Below, one piece after another: positions 51,439-60,769 of a stretch of DNA of 64,000 nt. The notes under the pieces are model-generated. The model worked only from the letters and a program-made list of their open reading frames with translations. It was not told the origin of the DNA and made no database searches. The DNA is taken from assembly GCA_913043225.1 (NCBI GenBank), contig CAJWLU010000006.1, positions 1 to 64,000 of the forward strand. The letters are read 5' to 3'. Numbering within the stretch: the first letter of the stretch is position 1; each line of letters starts with the position of its first letter. The stretch is from an uncultured Acidobacteriota bacterium. Its GTDB lineage: Bacteria; Acidobacteriota; Vicinamibacteria; Vicinamibacterales; UBA8438. Both the position numbers and the translations under genes were made by a program.

Positions 51439-51444
51439 TATAAT
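51439..51444 (+). promoter_or_regulatory. consensus -10 box TATAAT
   Basis: GGTATAATC 23 nt before ATG 51468. Confidence 0.55.
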
Positions 51445-51467
51445 CACGCTCTCAGCTGGAGCTTGAT

Positions 51468-52514
51468 ATGTTTCGATGCCTGGTCGTGGCCTCGCTCGTT
51501 GTCGGTCTGTGCGGCGTCGCCGTGGCACAGCCGCGGGATTCCTATGAGTTGATCGAACCGTGGCCGCATCTGCCGGTGGAGATGAACGGTGGGGAATGGG
51601 GCGAGACCATCGGGGTCGATCGCGATGCCGACGGGAACATCTGGGTGTTTCACCGATGCTTCAACGACGAGCCGTTCGGACTGGCCACGTGTGTCGGCCA
51701 GGAGGACAAGCCTCCGATTCTCAAGTTCAGCCCGAAGGGCGAACTTCTCGCTAGTTGGGGCGAAGGGATCTTCGCAGCTCCGCACGGTTTTCACATCGAT
51801 CCTGAAGGGAACATTTGGGCCACTGAGGCGAACCAGCACGAGGAGGTGCTTGGCATCCCAGTGGGCAACCGGGGCCATCAAGTCTTCAAGTTCAGCCCGC
51901 GCGGCGAACTCCTGATGACGCTGGGCGAGGCTGGGGTCGCCGGGAACGGCCCGTACACGTTCAACCGGCCGACCGACGTTGCGGTGGCGGCGAACGGCGA
52001 TATCTTTGTCACCGACGGACACGGTCCGAATAACCGGGTTGTGAAGTACGACCGGACGGGGCATTTCCTGATGAGTTGGGGCGGGCCTGGCGACAGCCCT
52101 GGTGAATTCGATCAGCCTCACACCCTTACACTTGATTCCCGTGGTCGGGTTTTTGTGGGCGATCGGTCGAACGGTCGGTTGCAGATCTTTGAGCCGGATG
52201 GCACGTTCGTGGCCGCGTGGTCGCAGTTTGGGCGGCCGAGCGGCATGTTTATCGACGAGAACGATGTGCTTTATGTGACAGACTCCACCACGAACTCACG
52301 TAACAATCCGGGACGGAAGCGCGGTATCTACATCGGCAGTGCCGTGAGCGGAGAGGTAACTGCGTTCATTGCGGATCCGGATCTTGAAGCCCAGGACCGT
52401 AATGGCATTTCTGGCGCGTCGGGTATCACAGCCGATCTCGACGGGAACGTCTATGCGGCTGATGTTGGCCCGAAGCGCATCCGCAAGTATCAGCGAGAGG
52501 GACACGAACAATGA
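51468..52514 (+). CDS. exported NHL-repeat PAL-like protein
   Basis: PHG, FNRPTDV, TDGH, GEFDQPH, GDRSNGR. Confidence 0.8.
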   Translation: MFRCLVVASLVVGLCGVAVAQPRDSYELIEPWPHLPVEMNGGEWGETIGVDRDADGNIWVFHRCFNDEPFGLATCVGQEDKPPILKFSPKGELLASWGEGIFAAPHGFHIDPEGNIWATEANQHEEVLGIPVGNRGHQVFKFSPRGELLMTLGEAGVAGNGPYTFNRPTDVAVAANGDIFVTDGHGPNNRVVKYDRTGHFLMSWGGPGDSPGEFDQPHTLTLDSRGRVFVGDRSNGRLQIFEPDGTFVAAWSQFGRPSGMFIDENDVLYVTDSTTNSRNNPGRKRGIYIGSAVSGEVTAFIADPDLEAQDRNGISGASGITADLDGNVYAADVGPKRIRKYQREGHEQ

Positions 52515-54124
52515 TGAGACGCACCTTTATTAGCGTCGTGCTCATCGCCCTGACCGCCGGGTCGGCCACGGCGCAGGAATTTCCTCCTGGGTTCGTCGAT
52601 CCCGCGCCGCTGTTGGCGGCCGCCGAGGTCGAGATCAATGCGGCCGCCCTTCGTTGTATCAGCTTTTCGGGAAATGGCTACAACGGGGCTGTAGGGCAAA
52701 CGTTCGAGAACGCGGTGAACATCGATTGGCCACGCATCGGGTCACTGAGCAACTACACCCGCGTGATCAACTGGAACACCGAGACCAGTATCGAAACGTT
52801 TGAGCGTGAGCCCGGCTTGAATCCAGCCTCGTGGAAGTACGGGCTGGGCTGGATCGGCGGTACCCCGACGCAGCAGGCGCGCCAGCAGACACACATCACG
52901 GTGGGCGGGCAGTCGTGGCACATTGACGGCGACGGCGAGCCGGTGGCGATTCCTCCAGAAATTGCGGAGGTCTACCGTCTCGATATGTGGCTGAACCCGC
53001 ATGGTTTCCTTAAGGCAGCGCGGCTCCCGGGGGCCGATCCGGTGGCCTTCTGGCGCTGGGAGCAGATTGAGAAGGGCCGTGATGGCAATGTGGTGGCGCC
53101 GGTGAAGATGCACGTGGTGGCGATCACCATGTTCGGCAAGTACCGGGTCGACGCCACGATCAACCCGGACAATCAGATCCAGCGGCTGAAGACCACGGTC
53201 AACGATCCCACGCTGGGCGATTTCAACATCGAGCACGAGTCGACCAATCAGGTCACGGTGAACGGCATCAAATGGCCGACCAACTGGCACTCGCACCAAG
53301 GGTGGGACGACAACTGGCAGTTCTTTCGGCAGAGCACTGGCCACAATGCGTATGGCGGTAGTTTCCCGGACATCGTGGCCAACACCTGCCCTGACCCGGT
53401 GACGGTGCCGCAGGCGGTTCGCGACGCAAGCTTCCCTGCGCCGGTGACGGTCGATGAGATGGCCGACGGGGTCTATCGGCTAGGTGGCGGTCCGGCCAAC
53501 AGCTATATGGTCGAGTTCTCGGACTTCGTAGCGGTGTTTGAAGCGCCGGGCGACGAGCGACGCAGCCTGACCGTCATCGAGGAGGTCGTCAAGCTGGCGC
53601 CAGGCAAGCCTATCCGCTGGTTGATTTCGTCCCATCCGCACTTTGATCACATCGGTGGACTGCGCAGCTATTTGCACATCGGGTCGACCATCGTGACCCA
53701 TATGTCGAATCTGGAATTCCTGAACACCGATGTCTTGACCTATGAGTCGAGGACGGTCGAGCCCGACATCGTCTCGCTATGGCCGCCAACCGAGCTATCG
53801 GAAGGCTACAACTACGAGGCGATTCAGGAGCGCTACACCATCACCGATGACGAGCGATTGCTGCACGTCTACTATGTGCAGCCGTTGCAGCATGTAAGTG
53901 GAATGCTCATGGCATTCCTGCCCGAGGAAGGAATTGCATTCCAGGCTGACCTGTTCGATACGCATGAGCCACCGAAGGCGGCCCAGCTGCCGGCGATGCG
54001 CAGCTTGAATACCCAGGTCGCACGGATGGGGCTCGACGTGGGGACTCTGGCCCCGGTGCATGGCGCACCGGTGCCGTGGAGTGAGTTTGTATCTGCACTA
54101 CGGACGCTCGAGGCACAGAACTGA
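52511..54124 (+). CDS. exported protein with C-terminal MBL-fold domain
   Basis: Signal peptide; VFEAP, ISSHPHFDHIGG, FQADLF, PVHG. Confidence 0.8.
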   Translation: MMRRTFISVVLIALTAGSATAQEFPPGFVDPAPLLAAAEVEINAAALRCISFSGNGYNGAVGQTFENAVNIDWPRIGSLSNYTRVINWNTETSIETFEREPGLNPASWKYGLGWIGGTPTQQARQQTHITVGGQSWHIDGDGEPVAIPPEIAEVYRLDMWLNPHGFLKAARLPGADPVAFWRWEQIEKGRDGNVVAPVKMHVVAITMFGKYRVDATINPDNQIQRLKTTVNDPTLGDFNIEHESTNQVTVNGIKWPTNWHSHQGWDDNWQFFRQSTGHNAYGGSFPDIVANTCPDPVTVPQAVRDASFPAPVTVDEMADGVYRLGGGPANSYMVEFSDFVAVFEAPGDERRSLTVIEEVVKLAPGKPIRWLISSHPHFDHIGGLRSYLHIGSTIVTHMSNLEFLNTDVLTYESRTVEPDIVSLWPPTELSEGYNYEAIQERYTITDDERLLHVYYVQPLQHVSGMLMAFLPEEGIAFQADLFDTHEPPKAAQLPAMRSLNTQVARMGLDVGTLAPVHGAPVPWSEFVSALRTLEAQN

Positions 54125-54148
54125 TTGAATTGGAAGGGGAGGTCTCTA

Positions 54149-55246
54149 ATGAAGAAGCTGATAGCGCTGATTCCCGGGCTTGCGTTGGCTGCGTGCTCGT
54201 CGTCGCCCGAGGCCACCACGGCGCCCGATGAGGGCGCTGCTGGCGTGGTGATGCGGCCGGCGCCCGGCGTCGACATCGATCGGAGCGCTGCGCCAGGACA
54301 GGTGGTCGACCAGGATGGACGACCTGGTTGGTATCCGCATGAGGGTGCGCTGATGGAGTACAGCGTGGACATTCGGTTCGGGCAGGAGCCGCACACGATG
54401 CCTGACGGCTGGAGTTTTGGCAGGGTGTCGGCGGTAGCGACGGACTCGGGCGGTGACGTCTACGTATTCCATCGGGGTGATGTGGCAGATCCGATCGTGG
54501 TGTTCAACGCCGCGGGCACCTACCAGCGGTCATTTGGTGCGGACATGGACTTTGGCAACGAGCATGGTCTTCGGATCGATCGGCACGACAACGTGTGGGT
54601 GACCGACAACGGGAACCACCGTGTGATGAAGCTCTCGAAAGAGGGCGAGGTGCTGATGAGCCTTGGCATCAAGGGCGAAGCTGGCACTACCGATGAGACA
54701 TTCGACCGCCCGGCGGATATCGCCTTCGGACCGAACGACGAACTCTACGTGGCTGACGGTTACGGCAACAGTCGCGTCGTGAAGTACGACGCCGAAGGCA
54801 ACTTTGTGACCACCTGGGGTACCCCTGGCTCTGGCCCCGGCGAGTTCGATCTCGTTCACTCCGTCGCGGTGGATTCGACTGGACGCGTGTATGCCAGCGA
54901 CCGCGAAAACAATCGCATACAGATCTTTGATGCTGATGGCACGTTGCTCGACACTTGGAACCACCTGGGCGCTACTCAGAACATCTTCATCACCCCGGAC
55001 GATCAGGTATGGGTGATTACCCATCGCGACAACGTCGAGAACATCACTTACGACACCCTGGCCGGGCGCATCATGCACGTAGACATCAATACCGGTGAGA
55101 TTATCGGAGCGATGGAAAGTCCGGGGCACTGGATTGACGTGGCCGAGACCGGCGACATCTTCATCGGCAGCCTCACCGGCAATGTGTTCCGGTGGTACGA
55201 GGACTGGATGGAGACGGAGGAGGCGGCACAGGCTGAGCGACCGTAG
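54149..55246 (+). CDS. NHL-repeat PAL-like lipoprotein
   Basis: LAAC lipobox; EHG, ADGYGNSR, FDLVHS, SDRENNRIQ, GHW. Confidence 0.82.
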   Translation: MKKLIALIPGLALAACSSSPEATTAPDEGAAGVVMRPAPGVDIDRSAAPGQVVDQDGRPGWYPHEGALMEYSVDIRFGQEPHTMPDGWSFGRVSAVATDSGGDVYVFHRGDVADPIVVFNAAGTYQRSFGADMDFGNEHGLRIDRHDNVWVTDNGNHRVMKLSKEGEVLMSLGIKGEAGTTDETFDRPADIAFGPNDELYVADGYGNSRVVKYDAEGNFVTTWGTPGSGPGEFDLVHSVAVDSTGRVYASDRENNRIQIFDADGTLLDTWNHLGATQNIFITPDDQVWVITHRDNVENITYDTLAGRIMHVDINTGEIIGAMESPGHWIDVAETGDIFIGSLTGNVFRWYEDWMETEEAAQAERP

Positions 55247-55439
55247 TGGACAATGGGAAGAGGCGCACTCGCGCTAGGCCGCCACGTGCGGGGACAGACC
55301 TGAGTTGGAGTTCGCTCTTTGGGCCGTTGGCGTAGTGGTGCTGCCCATGGGGCGCTTGTGGAGGGTTGGAGGATGACATGTTCAGGAACCTGCGTAGAGT
55401 TGAACTAACCCATCTATGCGATGGTGGAAAGGGGGCACG

Positions 55440-56057
55440 ATGAGGATTCGCGCACTTGCGGTGATGCTGGTTATGACGGCTTGTGGCACGTCTGCTGCAC
55501 ACATGGCGCTGGCGCAAAACGCGATGGCCGAAGGTCTCCTCACAGACACGTGGGGTAATCCCCTTCAGGGTGTTGAGATAGAAGCCCGGCGGGCGGATGG
55601 CGGCGGCGCTCCGCGGACGGCTGAGACCGACGACGACGGCGAGTTCCGGATGATGGGTATGGACTCTGCTACCTACGAGTTCACGTACCGGATCTTCGGG
55701 TATATTGGCGCCCGCCAGATCCGAGACGTCAGCCCAGGACGGAGGAGGGGGCGCCTGACTGCTATCGAGCTCGAGCTTGACGGCAGTGGTCTATACCTTC
55801 AGGAAGAGCTCTCATTCGAAGCGGAGGGCGGAACGCCCAGCGTCACGCTCAAATCTGACGGCATGTTCGAATTCGAAGACGCGGAAGGCGAGGGGGAAGG
55901 GAACTACTCTATCGAGGATCTGAGTGCCATTCTGATCGTGCGTGACTACGATGGCCCGGACGACAAGTACTCGATCGCCGAGCCGGTCGTCGTAACGACC
56001 CCGGACAATTCGTTTTCGAGTCTTGCCTGGGGCGAGACGAGTCTCGCGAGGAACTAG
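55440..56057 (+). CDS. exported carboxypeptidase-regulatory-like (beta-sandwich) domain protein
   Basis: GLLTDTWGNPLQGVEI, TDDDGEF, TYEFT. Confidence 0.65.
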   Translation: MRIRALAVMLVMTACGTSAAHMALAQNAMAEGLLTDTWGNPLQGVEIEARRADGGGAPRTAETDDDGEFRMMGMDSATYEFTYRIFGYIGARQIRDVSPGRRRGRLTAIELELDGSGLYLQEELSFEAEGGTPSVTLKSDGMFEFEDAEGEGEGNYSIEDLSAILIVRDYDGPDDKYSIAEPVVVTTPDNSFSSLAWGETSLARN

Positions 56058-56246
56058 GAGGCGCCAGCGCGCTGCACGATGGTGACAGGGTGTGCTGGGT
56101 AAGACGAAGTGACGGGCGCGTAGGCCGTGGCGCGGTTACTCGGGTGGCCCTATAACGAGGCCGACCCCGAACGCCCACCTGTGTCGGCGAGAGTCGGAAA
56201 GATGGCCGATCTGTCTGGTGAAGCCTAGCTGTGGCGAGGGAGCAGC

Positions 56247-56705
56247 GTGAGCATCAAGAACGAGTTGCAGAACGAACTGGTGGATTCCCTGCGGGCGCAG
56301 GACCGCAATCGGGCCGACGTCGTGCGGCAGATCACAACCGAGGTGGCGCGGGCCATGAAGGCGCCCGGTTTCGAGGGAGACGAAGACGACGCCCTCTACC
56401 AGAAGACCATCGGGAGCTACGCCAAGAAGATGACTAAGGCGCTGGCCGACTATGACCGACTGGGTCAGTCAGATTCGGACCCCGCCGCGAAGCTGCGCTT
56501 CGAGGTGGACTATCTCGGGCGGTGGCTCCCGAAGGCGCTATCCGAGGAGGAGATTGTGGCGCTGGTGGACGAAGCTGTTCAGGCGGTCGGTGCCATGGAT
56601 ATGAAGGGCATGGGACAGGTCATGGGACACCTGAAGAAGGGCCATCCCGACCTGGACGGTGCGATCGCCAGCCGGCTTGTCAAAGCCCGTCTGAGCGGCG
56701 GCTAG
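56247..56705 (+). CDS. GatB/YqeY domain protein
   Basis: LGRWLPKALSEEEI, MKGMGQVMG, DGAIASRLVKARL. Confidence 0.85.
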   Translation: MSIKNELQNELVDSLRAQDRNRADVVRQITTEVARAMKAPGFEGDEDDALYQKTIGSYAKKMTKALADYDRLGQSDSDPAAKLRFEVDYLGRWLPKALSEEEIVALVDEAVQAVGAMDMKGMGQVMGHLKKGHPDLDGAIASRLVKARLSGG

Positions 56706-57109
56706 TCGACGGAGAAGTGCTCCTTCGCCCGATAGAGCGCCACGGTTGGTACTAGGAAGACCGCGAAGGGGATAAGTCCCCCGAGTAACGATCCCTGCCG
56801 CGCTCCGAAGACCCCCATCGCGATGGCTACCTGCGCCGCGTACACCGCAGCCCAGGGCCACATCCACCGCTTCATCCTCCAGAAGCCGTAGGCGCCGGCC
56901 CCGTAGATGGCCCAGTGCAGTGGTTCGGTCGCCTTGGCCGCCCAGCCGGTGAGCATGAAGCCGAACCATACCTCCTGGTCCTCGGCCACTGGTTTCAGAA
57001 AGATGTCGAAGGGCATGTAGACCAGCGTCATGAAGAGGCAGAAGGCAAAGAGCGGTTGCATCCACCAGGGGCGCCGGCGCCACTGTGCCGCCAGATCCAG
57101 GGCTGCCAT
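56702..57109 (-). CDS. hypothetical membrane protein
   Basis: AAGGAG RBS; four hydrophobic segments; EVWFGF, EPLHW. Confidence 0.65.
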   Translation of the reverse strand: MAALDLAAQWRRRPWWMQPLFAFCLFMTLVYMPFDIFLKPVAEDQEVWFGFMLTGWAAKATEPLHWAIYGAGAYGFWRMKRWMWPWAAVYAAQVAIAMGVFGARQGSLLGGLIPFAVFLVPTVALYRAKEHFSVD

Positions 57110-57169
57110 CGATTGGCTCCTTTCTTCGCCAGCGTAGCCTACGGGCACCGAAGAGCGCCAGTCGACGAC

Positions 57170-57175
57170 TATAAT
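57170..57175 (+). promoter_or_regulatory. consensus -10 box TATAAT
   Basis: TATAATCG in the divergent intergenic region upstream of ATG 57220. Confidence 0.55.
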
Positions 57176-57219
57176 CGGCTCGTTCTCTCGTAGCAGCAAG
57201 ATCGAAGGAGGTCGTCCGA

Positions 57220-58230
57220 ATGGGTCCCAAATTCTTCTCTCGAAGAGTCGCCCCACTGGTGCTGGCCGCGACATTTGGAGTGACGGTCTCCGCCTGGGTC
57301 CAACCGTCGGCCCAGGGGACGCTTCTGGTGTTACTGCGCGATTCGAGCCAGTTAGCCATCGTCGACCCGACAACGGGTGAGACTCTGGCGAAGGTTCCGA
57401 CTGGTCGCGACCCGCATGAGGTGACGGCGTCCGACGATGGACGACTGGCGTTTGTGGCCAGCATGGTCGACGGGATCTCGGTGATCGATCTGGAGACCCG
57501 TGAGGAGGTCCGCCGAGTTGACCCTGGTCCCGGGAGCGAGACCCACGATCTGTTGTATCTCGACGGTAAGGTCTATTTCACCATCGAGGGCTACAAGTCG
57601 ATCGGGCGTTACGACCCGACGGAGGACACGATCGATTGGACCATCGGGATCGGCGAAGAGGGGGTGCACATGCTGGTGCACGACCCCAGAACAGGTAACC
57701 TGTTCACGCCAAACACTGGGTCGAATACGGTGACTATGATCGAGAATGCGACATCTGGACCGGCCGAGGCCAGAACCATCCATATCGATATTCCCGGGGA
57801 GACGCCGGAGGCGCTTGATCTGTCTCCGGATGGGAGCGAACTGTGGACCGCCACACGGGCGGACGGCGGCGTCTCGGTAATCGATGTGGCTCGCCGCGAG
57901 GTGGTTGCCGATATGGACTTGGGGATGATTGACGCCAATCGGCTGCGCTTCACGCCAGACGGTCGGGTGCTGATCATTGACGGCGAGGCGGCCCAACTGC
58001 TGGTGATGGACTCGCGCTCGCGCGAGGTTGTCGAACGGGTCAGTCTGGGAGAGGTCGATACGGGTGACGGCGCCCTCCTGGTGGGACCCGACGGGCGCTA
58101 TGCCTATGTCGGCCTTCGCGCGATCGATATGGTTGCGATTGTGAACCTTGAGACCTTGGAAGTCACGATGGAACTGAGCTTCAGCGCTGGCGATGGTCCC
58201 GGTTGTATGTATTGGGTCAGACCGAGCTAG
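57220..58230 (+). CDS. YncE/YVTN-type beta-propeller protein
   Basis: PTGRDPHEV, SPDGSELW, TPDGR, GPDGRYAYV repeats; signal peptide. Confidence 0.8.
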   Translation: MGPKFFSRRVAPLVLAATFGVTVSAWVQPSAQGTLLVLLRDSSQLAIVDPTTGETLAKVPTGRDPHEVTASDDGRLAFVASMVDGISVIDLETREEVRRVDPGPGSETHDLLYLDGKVYFTIEGYKSIGRYDPTEDTIDWTIGIGEEGVHMLVHDPRTGNLFTPNTGSNTVTMIENATSGPAEARTIHIDIPGETPEALDLSPDGSELWTATRADGGVSVIDVARREVVADMDLGMIDANRLRFTPDGRVLIIDGEAAQLLVMDSRSREVVERVSLGEVDTGDGALLVGPDGRYAYVGLRAIDMVAIVNLETLEVTMELSFSAGDGPGCMYWVRPS

Positions 58231-58242
58231 GTGGGGAGCGCG

Positions 58243-59802
58243 ATGGCAAGGTTGAGGCGGGTGGGCCTAGCCTTCGCCACGGTCATCGCCTCGCTTGGTG
58301 GCTGCACGTCCCCGGAACGGCCATTGGTGCCGGTGGAGCCTCTTGAAGTCACCGAAGCCTCTATCGCCGAATTGGGTGAGGCGATGGCGATGGGGCGGGT
58401 CACCTCTGAGGAACTGGTCGAGCGCTATCTTGCCCGAATCGGGGCTTACGACCAGCAAGGCCCGGCGCTGAATACCATCATCGCGTTGAATCCGGATGCG
58501 TCGGATGCGGCGCGTTCGTTGGATGAAGAACGGGCGGCGGGTAATGTCCGGGGCCCCCTACACGGCGTCCCCATCCTGATTAAAGACAACTACGACTTGG
58601 CAGGGATGCCCACGACGAACGGTTCAGTCGCATTGGCGGAACTGATGCCGCCAGATGACGGCTTCCAGGTGCGTCGGCTCAAGGAAGCCGGCGCAGTTAT
58701 CCTGGGCAAGACGAATCTGCACGAGTTCGCGCGCGGCATCACGACGGTTGGCTCGAGAGCAGGGCAGACGCGGAACCCGTACGATACGGAGCGGAATCCC
58801 GGGGGGTCGAGCGGCGGAACGGGCGCGGCTGTAGCCGCCAGCTTTGCTGCAGTGGGCATGGGTAGCGATACCTGTGGGTCGATCCGGATTCCGTCCGCAC
58901 ACAACAACTTGACTGGCCTGCGCGGCACGCAGGGTCTATCTAGCCGAGACGGCGTGTTCCCACTGTCTCATACTCAGGATATCGCTGGACCTATGGCGCG
59001 GTCGGTCACGGACCTGGCCCTAGTGCTCGACGCGACAGTGGGGTCCGATCCAGCCGATCCGGCAACGGCTGACGCTGACGCGAACATCCCAATTAGCTAC
59101 GTGACCGGGCTCGACGCCGGAGCCTTGGCGTCGGCGCGGGTGGGGGTGCTTCGGGGCTACGTTCGCCAGGGCCCGGAAGATGATGCGGTGGGGGCGGTGT
59201 TTGATGGAGCTATGGAGGACCTGGCTCGTCTTGGTGCGGAGGTTGAAGTGGTCGCGATCGACGGCCTGGCGCAGTTGCTCGACAGCTATGTTGTTTTGAG
59301 CAGCGAGTTCAAATTCAGTGTGGAGGGGTATCTGGCCGCCGTCGAGGACGCTCCAGTTTCGACACTGGACGCAATCATCGCGGATGGACGCTACGACGCC
59401 AGCATAGATGAGCGTCTGAACACCTCCAATGCCGTCACGACGCTTGACACGGCGGAGTATCTCGAGGCGTTTGCGCGTCGCGCGGAAACGGCCGCCCGGA
59501 TCATTGCGGTGATGGATGAACGCGATCTGGATGCGTTGCTGTACCCGACCATGCGACAGGTGGCAGCGGAGATCGGTCGCCCGCAAGGCGGCGATAACTG
59601 TCGGATTAGCGCGAATACGGGTCTGCCAGCGCTAACCGTGCAGGCCGGGTTTACCGACGAAGGGATGCCGGTCGGCCTGGAATGGCTGGGTCGTCCATGG
59701 TCGGAGTCCCGGTTGCTGGCCTTGGGCTATGCCTATGAGCAGGGTACTCGCCATAGGAGAGCGCCGGCGAGCACTCCTGTGCTGGGAGAGCGGGCGCAGT
59801 GA
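58243..59802 (+). CDS. amidase signature family lipoprotein
   Basis: LGGC lipobox; GPLHGVPILIKDN, PGGSSGG, GSDTCGSIRIPS. Confidence 0.9.
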   Translation: MARLRRVGLAFATVIASLGGCTSPERPLVPVEPLEVTEASIAELGEAMAMGRVTSEELVERYLARIGAYDQQGPALNTIIALNPDASDAARSLDEERAAGNVRGPLHGVPILIKDNYDLAGMPTTNGSVALAELMPPDDGFQVRRLKEAGAVILGKTNLHEFARGITTVGSRAGQTRNPYDTERNPGGSSGGTGAAVAASFAAVGMGSDTCGSIRIPSAHNNLTGLRGTQGLSSRDGVFPLSHTQDIAGPMARSVTDLALVLDATVGSDPADPATADADANIPISYVTGLDAGALASARVGVLRGYVRQGPEDDAVGAVFDGAMEDLARLGAEVEVVAIDGLAQLLDSYVVLSSEFKFSVEGYLAAVEDAPVSTLDAIIADGRYDASIDERLNTSNAVTTLDTAEYLEAFARRAETAARIIAVMDERDLDALLYPTMRQVAAEIGRPQGGDNCRISANTGLPALTVQAGFTDEGMPVGLEWLGRPWSESRLLALGYAYEQGTRHRRAPASTPVLGERAQ

Positions 59803-60710
59803 CGTCCCGGGTCTCAAAAGAGCGTGGCTGGAGCCGGGATGTTGCTGTCTGGAGTGGCATTGCCCTGCTGGTGGCCTGTGTTGTCGCCGTGGCACTCCCG
59901 GCCTCGACTGAGGCGCAGTCGAGGCCAGGAGACCTCGAAAGCCTCCTGACCCGTGCAGGAGCCCAACTCGAAGAGCACTATCAACGTGCCCAGCGGATCG
60001 TCTCGACCGAGAAGGTGTGGGTGCGGTCCTTCCACCGCAACATGCGGTCGAACGGGTCGCCCCGGCACATGGAGTTCGAGCATCGTGTGGAGTGGGACGC
60101 CGCGGGTGCCGGGCTACCGCCTACCGTGACGGTCTTCCGGGACCTTCTGCAGGTGGATGGGCGTTCGCCTACGGCGGATGATCGGGACGCTTGCCTGATG
60201 CCGGTGGAGGTCGACCAAGATCCCCTGGCGATGCTTCTTCCATATCGACAAAAGGAGTTTTCGTTTCGATTGGTCGGTGATGAACGGGTCGACGACCGCC
60301 AGACGACCCGGGTCGCCTACGAACCGCTCGAACAGGGGGACCCGAAGATTACTTGGGAGGACGACTGTGTCTCGTTGGAACTCCCCGGACACTCGGCGGG
60401 CGAGCTCTGGATCGACCCCGAGACAGGCGACGTGGTCCGGTTGGACGAGCATCTGATGGGCCGTTTTGAGTTCAGAGAGCCGCCCGAGCGGGCCAGGGAC
60501 ATTCCCGCTCGTCTGACGCTCGAAAGGTCCGAACTCAGCATCCGATACAACCGGGTACGCTTTGAGGACCCACCAGAGACGCTCATGCTGCCGGAGGCGG
60601 TCGAGAGCAGTTGGACGTTGGTCGGGCCGAGCTTCGTGCCACGTTATGTGCGGCGGCAAGAGTTTTCGGACCATCGCCGGTTCGTGGGTGACGGTCGTAT
60701 TGTGCGATAG
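59799..60710 (+). CDS. hypothetical exported protein
   Basis: GTGA overlap with the amidase; hydrophobic N-terminus; GELWIDPETGDVVRL beta-rich body. Confidence 0.7.
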   Translation: MTSRVSKERGWSRDVAVWSGIALLVACVVAVALPASTEAQSRPGDLESLLTRAGAQLEEHYQRAQRIVSTEKVWVRSFHRNMRSNGSPRHMEFEHRVEWDAAGAGLPPTVTVFRDLLQVDGRSPTADDRDACLMPVEVDQDPLAMLLPYRQKEFSFRLVGDERVDDRQTTRVAYEPLEQGDPKITWEDDCVSLELPGHSAGELWIDPETGDVVRLDEHLMGRFEFREPPERARDIPARLTLERSELSIRYNRVRFEDPPETLMLPEAVESSWTLVGPSFVPRYVRRQEFSDHRRFVGDGRIVR

Positions 60711-60769
60711 GCGTTCGAGACTGATACCATCTGACGGTTGAAAGTCGTGTGGTCACAGGGAGATACGCG

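Noticed and set aside
29421..54124. Other TGA stops as possible Sec codons (e.g. 29423, 33553, 34653, 41949, 49917, 54124)
   Set aside because: They fall at natural domain ends, are not in Cys-motif contexts, and the next genes have their own starts and signal peptides.
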